The notes beneath the pieces were generated by a model. The model saw nothing but the letters and a program-made list of their open reading frames with translations. It made no database searches and was not told where the DNA came from. A stretch of 30,415 nucleotides of DNA, taken from positions 1 to 30,415 of the IMG/VR virus record IMGVR_UViG_3300033076_000518; one strand, given 5' to 3'. The position numbers and the translations under genes are program-made. How positions within the stretch are numbered: the stretch's first letter is position 1; each line of letters opens with the position of its first letter. Shown here one piece after another: positions 24,891 through 30,415 of this stretch. The DNA comes from a virus. Its lineage: Duplodnaviria; Caudoviricetes.

Positions 24891-25283
24891 TTATCTATTT
24901 CTCTCTAGTAGGAGTGTTACTGTTGTTGGAATTGTTGCATTTTCCAAGAAAAATGTTATCGAAACCTCATATGCATTTTGTTCCTCTTTGGAAACCACCT
25001 GAATATCTTTCAATAAGACTCTAGGTTCATAGTTTTTAATCGTGTTTCTGACTTCAGCCTCTATGGTTGACGCAATCATTGGTGAAATTGGTTCAAACAA
25101 CATGGTTTCAATGTTGGAACCTAGACCTGGATTAAATGGTCTATCATAATGTTTGGTTTGTAGTAAGTTTCGAACAGAACGAACGACAGCTTGAGAATCA
25201 TAACTAAGTGCAACATCAGCCGTCACAGGTTTCTTTGTGAAGGTGAAGTCTATGTCTGAGTAGAGTTTAGTTATATTTGCCAT
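24891..25283 (-). CDS. gp25: Baseplate wedge protein gp25
   Basis: YSDIDF.F, AV.RSVRNL..T...RPF.P..GS, I.NYEPRV, L.LER.R. Confidence 0.96.
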   Translation of the reverse strand: MANITKLYSDIDFTFTKKPVTADVALSYDSQAVVRSVRNLLQTKHYDRPFNPGLGSNIETMLFEPISPMIASTIEAEVRNTIKNYEPRVLLKDIQVVSKEEQNAYEVSITFFLENATIPTTVTLLLERNR

Positions 25284-25287
25284 CTTT

Positions 25288-25295
25288 TATTTATC
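25288..25295 (-). promoter_or_regulatory. T4-type late promoter (GATAAATA), 4 nt before the gp25 ATG
   Basis: Minus strand reads GATAAATAAAAGATG. Confidence 0.65.
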
Positions 25296-25372
25296 GTAGG
25301 AGTAAAATCGCTTTTTGGAACTTTGAAGCTGTCGGAGAAAATTCTTAGGCCGGAACGCAAAAATTCGAAATT

Positions 25373-26176
25373 TTAGGAATTTGCCAACCTTGTCTTTATC
25401 TTGTTTGTGCCGATATGTGTGTTGATGAGATCCGTTTCAGTTTGACCTAAATTGGAAAAACTGCTAACCGCACCATATCTGTCCATAACCATCTTTGTGT
25501 TGGTATAGAAATTAATGTCTTGTTGACGATATGTTGTCATCATGTTATGGATCGAATTTGCAACATCATACAACGCATTTGCATCGGATGAAGAAATTGA
25601 AGAATTTGTCGTATTTGTCGTTGCTGTCAAAATATTGGTATATGACAGTAATGTGTTGGCATTCGCATTTATCGCATTTGCCTGAAATATGCTAGTAAAA
25701 CTACCAATCATTGGTGAGTTGTTTTGTATGTTATCTGTCTTATTCGTCAAATACATCATCATTTTACCATATCCAATGGATGTTTGGTAATGGGGATAAC
25801 CAATTTCAGCGTCCATAGGCACAACATTCGACATACGGTTGGTGTGCAACATGAAGTTATTTGCTGTGGCTGTGGATATTGTGCTTGCTAGACTGAATAT
25901 ATTACCTAGTTTTGTGGTGATATAATCACTTGTTCCTGTTTGGTTATTGGCCAACGCTGCAATCGTGTTTGCACAGTTCCATACAATTTGTGTACCTGAT
26001 TGTGCAGGGTTTTGATAATAACCATCGGTATTGGCAGTTGCAATGTCTTCCTGTTGCCATGTGTTCACTAGAGTCGGCATAAGATTCATTTGCACCAAAA
26101 CAGTTGGTGACAAATCTTGCACCATAGATTGTGCTGATGATGGAAAACCCAATAAAGAATAGATACTTGAACTCAT
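25373..26176 (-). CDS. Hypothetical helical protein between the spike gene and gp25
   Basis: 267 aa, ATGA overlap with the spike gene; N/T/S-rich; no motif recognised. Confidence 0.75.
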   Translation of the reverse strand: MSSSIYSLLGFPSSAQSMVQDLSPTVLVQMNLMPTLVNTWQQEDIATANTDGYYQNPAQSGTQIVWNCANTIAALANNQTGTSDYITTKLGNIFSLASTISTATANNFMLHTNRMSNVVPMDAEIGYPHYQTSIGYGKMMMYLTNKTDNIQNNSPMIGSFTSIFQANAINANANTLLSYTNILTATTNTTNSSISSSDANALYDVANSIHNMMTTYRQQDINFYTNTKMVMDRYGAVSSFSNLGQTETDLINTHIGTNKIKTRLANS

Positions 26177-27018
26177 GCCGATGTTTCCTGAGGTGTTGGA
26201 GGACCAGATGGACCCTTAGGTGTTGGATGAATATGCACTTTACGTAACATTTCATTCACAACGTCAAATGATAGAATAGAACCAGAAGTGCCGAATGTTG
26301 CGGTTGGTGAAATCATACTAGAATATGATGTAATTGCACCGACACACACAATTTGACCTGGAAGTGCAACAGGTTGACCAATACTCAGTCCACCAGTTGT
26401 AGATACGAAACCCAATGCACCAGCAGAAACACCAGTTCCTGCATCAACACGGGTTTTGGAAGTGATTAGTTTGCCTGTAATTGCACCAGATACACTAAGG
26501 TCACCAGTTAGGTTGATGTAATCTGGCACATTGATTGTCAATTTACCTAATGTGGATGCACCAGCATTGATTTCCATGTTACCGAATGATGATACAGAGT
26601 GACGACCTTCTACGGTTTGTGTGAAATTGCCTTTGATGTATTGTTCCACAGAACCATCCACCTGTTCAATCTTGTTACCTGTGATGTGCATATACGCATC
26701 ACCATAGACCGTAATATTCAGTTTCTTTGCATTTAGACCATCATCCACACCAATGGAGATATTGTGGTCACCTAGTGTAATCGAATACCCATCACGTATA
26801 ATCTTGTGTACTTCGTCACCATTTGGATGCATTTCCAAAAAGGTGCCTTTGCCGTGTTGTATACGGACACGTTCACGTGTTGGTGTATCATCCATTTCAA
26901 ATGAATGACCACCTTTAGTTTGTGTTACGTTATTATATGGATAGACAGGTTGGTAATTTGTATTCGCTGCCGATTCGGGTTCTGTCCATGCACTTACAAA
27001 ATCTGGTTTATCACTCAT
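26173..27018 (-). CDS. gp5: gp5 C-terminal part: beta-helix central spike with HxH tip
   Basis: YPYNNV..T..GH.FEMDDTP..ERVR..H..GTF.EMHP.G, VxG repeats, and terminal VHIHPTPKGPSGPP. Confidence 0.88.
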   Translation of the reverse strand: MSDKPDFVSAWTEPESAANTNYQPVYPYNNVTQTKGGHSFEMDDTPTRERVRIQHGKGTFLEMHPNGDEVHKIIRDGYSITLGDHNISIGVDDGLNAKKLNITVYGDAYMHITGNKIEQVDGSVEQYIKGNFTQTVEGRHSVSSFGNMEINAGASTLGKLTINVPDYINLTGDLSVSGAITGKLITSKTRVDAGTGVSAGALGFVSTTGGLSIGQPVALPGQIVCVGAITSYSSMISPTATFGTSGSILSFDVVNEMLRKVHIHPTPKGPSGPPTPQETSA

Positions 27019-27920
27019 GGTCTACCTTCTTTCGATGTTGCCTTTTGTAAGTCAGTTGCTTGCGAGTTAACATCTGTTGATGATGGTGTTGTGGAATTTA
27101 TATAACTTGTTACAGAATCAGCAACACTTGCGTCTGATAATGCAGCTGCAACTGCCGTTGGCATAGCATCACTTGATTGATTCAAAGAATCTGTCAAACT
27201 GGATTGTGTTAGTGTTGCAGCTGCAGCAAATTGTGCAGAAATCATTTCAACTTGTGCCTTTGACATGCTGGCAATTTGGTCTGGTATAGACTTGAATGTG
27301 TTTGCAATTTGTTTGATTGAGTTTGTGAAGTTTGACAAACATTGCAGCAACATATTCTTCAATTTTTCTGGTAGACTTTGTATCCAGTCTATCAGTTGTT
27401 TGATTTGTTGTGCGAAAAAGATCCATTCTGCAACTTCTTCAATCTTTTCTGCCACATATTCCACCGCTTCATTGACTTTTCTGACCAAGTCTTTACCAAT
27501 AGAGAATGCTAGTGACAGGGATCCTGAGGGATCCAATCCAAACGCATCTAATAACTTATCAATGATTGCACGTGCAGTCTTTGCTGCATCTTTCAGTAAT
27601 GCTCTCATTCTATTGGTTGCCTTCAACTTTGCATTTTGTAAGGCCTTTTGAATCGCTTCGACTGGATTAACCAATCCCAAAGTATCAAAATTTAGATTGA
27701 ATATGAATTTGAAATCACAGGCGTGTGCCAAGTTACCATTCATAAGTTGAATGGCTGAGTAATTTAAGTTTCCTCTTGCCAATGCAGGTGTCGTTTGTGA
27801 ACCTGGAGTGCTCATCAACTTTGCAAAAGGTGAATTTGGTGGTAGTGTCTCAACCACTTTCAAGTTGACTAGGTTGAAACCACCAACGTTTACTTGATAA
27901 TCTTTTTGTGTTGTTGCCAT
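27015..27920 (-). CDS. Alpha-helical protein between the two gp5 parts (probable gp5 middle segment)
   Basis: TTPALARG resembles the gp5 post-OB linker; long amphipathic helices; no lysozyme motif seen. Confidence 0.65.
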   Translation of the reverse strand: MATTQKDYQVNVGGFNLVNLKVVETLPPNSPFAKLMSTPGSQTTPALARGNLNYSAIQLMNGNLAHACDFKFIFNLNFDTLGLVNPVEAIQKALQNAKLKATNRMRALLKDAAKTARAIIDKLLDAFGLDPSGSLSLAFSIGKDLVRKVNEAVEYVAEKIEEVAEWIFFAQQIKQLIDWIQSLPEKLKNMLLQCLSNFTNSIKQIANTFKSIPDQIASMSKAQVEMISAQFAAAATLTQSSLTDSLNQSSDAMPTAVAAALSDASVADSVTSYINSTTPSSTDVNSQATDLQKATSKEGRP

Positions 27921-27921
27921 C

Positions 27922-28260
27922 TTAAATTACCGTATTGTTTGTTTTCTTATCATCTTCAGTTGGTATAAAACCTGGTAATACACCCATTATGATAGGAAAC
28001 TGTGCTGCTTCTCCGTCCATGAAGAAACCGACAACCCAATCACCTAGTTCTGGTGCAGAGAATGTCTTGGATGCATTGCATGGAACCAATGGTGTTGCCC
28101 ATGGCAAATCTTTTGTTGGAACTTTCAATGCAGTATCTTGGTTGCCATCATCGTGCCAACCGAATATTCGAACCTGACATTTACCGAGGCCGAGTGGATC
28201 CATTCTGTTCTCAACAGTACCTATCCACCAAATGAAACCTTCTTTACCTAAAAAACTCAT
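27922..28260 (-). CDS. gp5: gp5 N-terminal OB-fold domain, stand-alone
   Basis: F.WWIG.VE.R.DPL.LG.C.VRIFG.H...LPWA...GDWVVGFFMDG..AQ.P.IMG.LPG. Confidence 0.92.
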   Translation of the reverse strand: MSFLGKEGFIWWIGTVENRMDPLGLGKCQVRIFGWHDDGNQDTALKVPTKDLPWATPLVPCNASKTFSAPELGDWVVGFFMDGEAAQFPIIMGVLPGFIPTEDDKKTNNTVI

Positions 28261-29639
28261 TCTAAATTCGCCTGTCTATATTCTGTGTTTGTTGGACTTA
28301 CCGATTGGTAAGGATTTGCTGGACTTTCTTTGGATATTTCCAATACGGTCTGAAATACACCTTGTGATTGAATGATGTGTCTAACAGCTGTCACCAAATA
28401 CTTACCTGAATAAAACTTGTCCAGTTCTTTTTTGTTGTCTTGGTTTGATAGTGACATTAAATTGAAGTTGATGGTTGTTCCTGCCGTAATTGCAGAATCA
28501 CCAGGAATTCTAATCTTCAAAACAGTATGACTTGCCAATGAAAGTTGTGCGGTTCTACTAGGAACAAATGTCTCGATGTATATATCTTGTCCGATGGTGT
28601 CAATTCCATCTTGTAAATATGGTTTCTTCTTTTGTTCGGAGTTACCGACCGCAAGTTTCAAGACACCTTCATAGTTTTGGTTTTGTGTCTTGCCTAATCT
28701 GTTCGGTGAAGAACTCAATGCACTTGTACCATTCAATGAACCTGCTTGTGCCACATACTTGTTGTAGTCAAAGTCTGTAACTTTCTTGGTTCTATTTAAT
28801 GGATCCAACGAAATCAATCTGTTGGAGAATGTACCAGACTTGGCATCATCCAATGAATTGAATGTGCGAATGAACTCATAGTCCAGAACGGTTGTCAAAT
28901 CTTCTTTGAATGAATTGGTTTCCACGTTCTTTGGTTGATACTTGTATGTTGCGTAAACAGGTTGTCTGTATAATGAACTGAGTGACCTGAAATTGAAACC
29001 GTTTTGAGTTTCGAAGAACAACATATCCGCACCAACCAAGTTGTTGATTGATGGTCTTGCATAGTTTGACACCCAACTGATTGCTTCAAATGCACTAATT
29101 GCAGGCACGTTGAAGTCGTATACACCAAGGCTGTTCTCAATCTTGTGTATTTTTTTAGAAGGCACCTTCAATCGTTGTGTCAATATGTCTTTAACGATAT
29201 AGGATATTTCTTTACCCTTATATGTTCTGGTTGCTTTGGTTTGTTGTGACAAAAACAATTCTTCAGAACAGAAGTATAATTGTATGAATTCTGCGTTCTG
29301 ATTGCCGGATGGTGTTCTCTTTGGAATTGCATACAGTCGATAAACTTGGTCATTGTTTCGATTATTACCACGTGCTTTACCAAAATTGATGTGTAAGAAT
29401 TCTTTACCAGTCAATTGTAGTTTTTCAACCAAACCCAAGGCATCCCTCAACATAATGTAACCAGAAACCACAAAACTATACACATCCTCAAAATATGAGA
29501 ATTCAATTAGTAGTTTTTTAACGTCAATTTTCTGTCCACTTACGGTCAATATCTCCATCTTGTCGATACTGCCATCCTGTGAAAAGAATGCCGTATCTCT
29601 TGGAGATTCTACTGTTGAGCTTTGTACTTCATCAACCAT
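28257..29639 (-). CDS. Baseplate hub protein (gp27-like)
   Basis: Located between gp53 and gp5; motifs FFET..GFNF.SL, I.IPG......G..I, SGKYLVTAVRH. Confidence 0.75.
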   Translation of the reverse strand: MVDEVQSSTVESPRDTAFFSQDGSIDKMEILTVSGQKIDVKKLLIEFSYFEDVYSFVVSGYIMLRDALGLVEKLQLTGKEFLHINFGKARGNNRNNDQVYRLYAIPKRTPSGNQNAEFIQLYFCSEELFLSQQTKATRTYKGKEISYIVKDILTQRLKVPSKKIHKIENSLGVYDFNVPAISAFEAISWVSNYARPSINNLVGADMLFFETQNGFNFRSLSSLYRQPVYATYKYQPKNVETNSFKEDLTTVLDYEFIRTFNSLDDAKSGTFSNRLISLDPLNRTKKVTDFDYNKYVAQAGSLNGTSALSSSPNRLGKTQNQNYEGVLKLAVGNSEQKKKPYLQDGIDTIGQDIYIETFVPSRTAQLSLASHTVLKIRIPGDSAITAGTTINFNLMSLSNQDNKKELDKFYSGKYLVTAVRHIIQSQGVFQTVLEISKESPANPYQSVSPTNTEYRQANLE

Positions 29640-29640
29640 G

Positions 29641-30237
29641 TTATGCCATTAAATTTTTAAGTTCTGTTTCAATTTGTGTTGCCAAGTCTTTTCTCAACAA
29701 CTTAATGTTTCTCTTGGCTTCATTTGTCTCAACTTCATATTCGAATAATGTTACTGCATTTTTAGAAACTGTAACTGTTGTTGTACTTGTTGGGAAACTG
29801 TATGTGTTGCTTGAAGTCACCAGATTGTTGTAAGTATCTTCATCAATTGTGAATTTATTGATTGTCGTGGTCAATGATGCAGAATCATATTGTGTCACAA
29901 CCTTTTCGTAGTGATGTATAGTTGTATATGGATCTACGGAAGTATACTTATCTGCAATGTATTTGTTGAAGTTGGTGGAACTTAATGGCCAATCCCATTG
30001 TGGATCCAATATGTTATTTGCAAGTAGAATCATCCAGTAACGATAACTGTCACCATAATACTTGTCGGCTATAATTTCTGGTGTTTCACCGTCTTGTATA
30101 TCGTATGAGTAAAACAAAAGTGGATTACCCAACACGTTATTAATTAAACTTGAACGTGCCAACAAATTGGTGTATACTGTTGATACACCTTTGTCGTCAG
30201 TCATCAACATTTTTGGTAATGTTCTAAAATATTGCAT
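29641..30237 (-). CDS. gp53: Baseplate wedge protein gp53 (LysM-like)
   Basis: YF..LP, YDIQDGETPEIIADKYYGD....W.IL..N.I.DP..DWP, IHHYE, YE...NE.KR.IKLL. Confidence 0.93.
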   Translation of the reverse strand: MQYFRTLPKMLMTDDKGVSTVYTNLLARSSLINNVLGNPLLFYSYDIQDGETPEIIADKYYGDSYRYWMILLANNILDPQWDWPLSSTNFNKYIADKYTSVDPYTTIHHYEKVVTQYDSASLTTTINKFTIDEDTYNNLVTSSNTYSFPTSTTTVTVSKNAVTLFEYEVETNEAKRNIKLLRKDLATQIETELKNLMA

Positions 30238-30238
30238 T

Positions 30239-30415
30239 TTAATAACCCTGTTCGATAGCAGTCTTGTCGACCAATACCATTTCTTTGAAACTTAAAGTTA
30301 GTGTTGTTTGTACTGGTGCACCATCTTCGTGCGATGCCCAACCATTAGGTGCATAGTTCACATCAATGTTTTCGATAACACTACGTTTGATGTAATTTAG
30401 GTTAGGGTTTTTCTG
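30239..30415 (-). CDS. gp48: Baseplate tail-tube cap gp48, C-terminal fragment
   Basis: Manual translation: QKNPNLNYIKRSVIENIDVNYAPNGWASHEDGAPVQTTLTLSFKEMVLVDKTAIEQGY*; immediately upstream of gp53. Confidence 0.88.
   Translation of the reverse strand, partial: QKNPNLNYIKRSVIENIDVNYAPNGWASHEDGAPVQTTLTLSFKEMVLVDKTAIEQGY

Noticed and set aside
27915-27930. +1 frameshift or single-base error fusing the gp5 OB-fold to the next ORF (ATT-TAA-G-ATG)
   Set aside because: Removing one T would fuse them, but TAA-N-ATG is the usual junction in this window (30238, 29640, 24890, 9771, 9551). Separate genes are more likely; reads are needed to exclude an error.
15-29833. Many plus-strand ORFs and short nested minus-strand ORFs
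   Set aside because: They lie within long, motif-bearing minus-strand genes and read as antisense or off-frame shadows with no recognisable motifs.
1-30415. Stop-codon reassignment, tRNA or rRNA genes
   Set aside because: The standard code gives near-complete coding density with long intact genes, and no intergenic gap shows a cloverleaf.

Overview
This window is the virion-morphogenesis region of a large T4-like myovirus with cyanophage/freshwater-phage gene order. All credible genes are on the minus strand and tightly coupled. Reading right to left: gp48 (partial), gp53, a gp27-like hub, a gp5 spike locus divided into three ORFs (OB-fold, helical protein, beta-helix with an HxH tip), an orphan gene, gp25, gp6, gp7, a fibre-like protein, gp8, a VrlC/DUF4815-type protein, and a cluster of tail-fibre, adaptor and chaperone genes (two S74 chaperone domains, three Mtd_N-like domains, a C1q-like tip, a cupin). 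The most unusual feature is that the VrlC/DUF4815 gene is split just before its conserved DPxAQTF motif. The N-terminal part ends in a GGGG-CCVVATA domain with a hydrophobic helix and basic tail, and is followed by a free-standing CFI-box-like ORF; together these suggest a Cys-based processing or sorting system. Also notable are the tripartite gp5 and a recurring pattern of C-terminal DGGxF motifs next to N-terminal Mtd_N domains. Family calls rest on recalled motifs and synteny; no database search was run.
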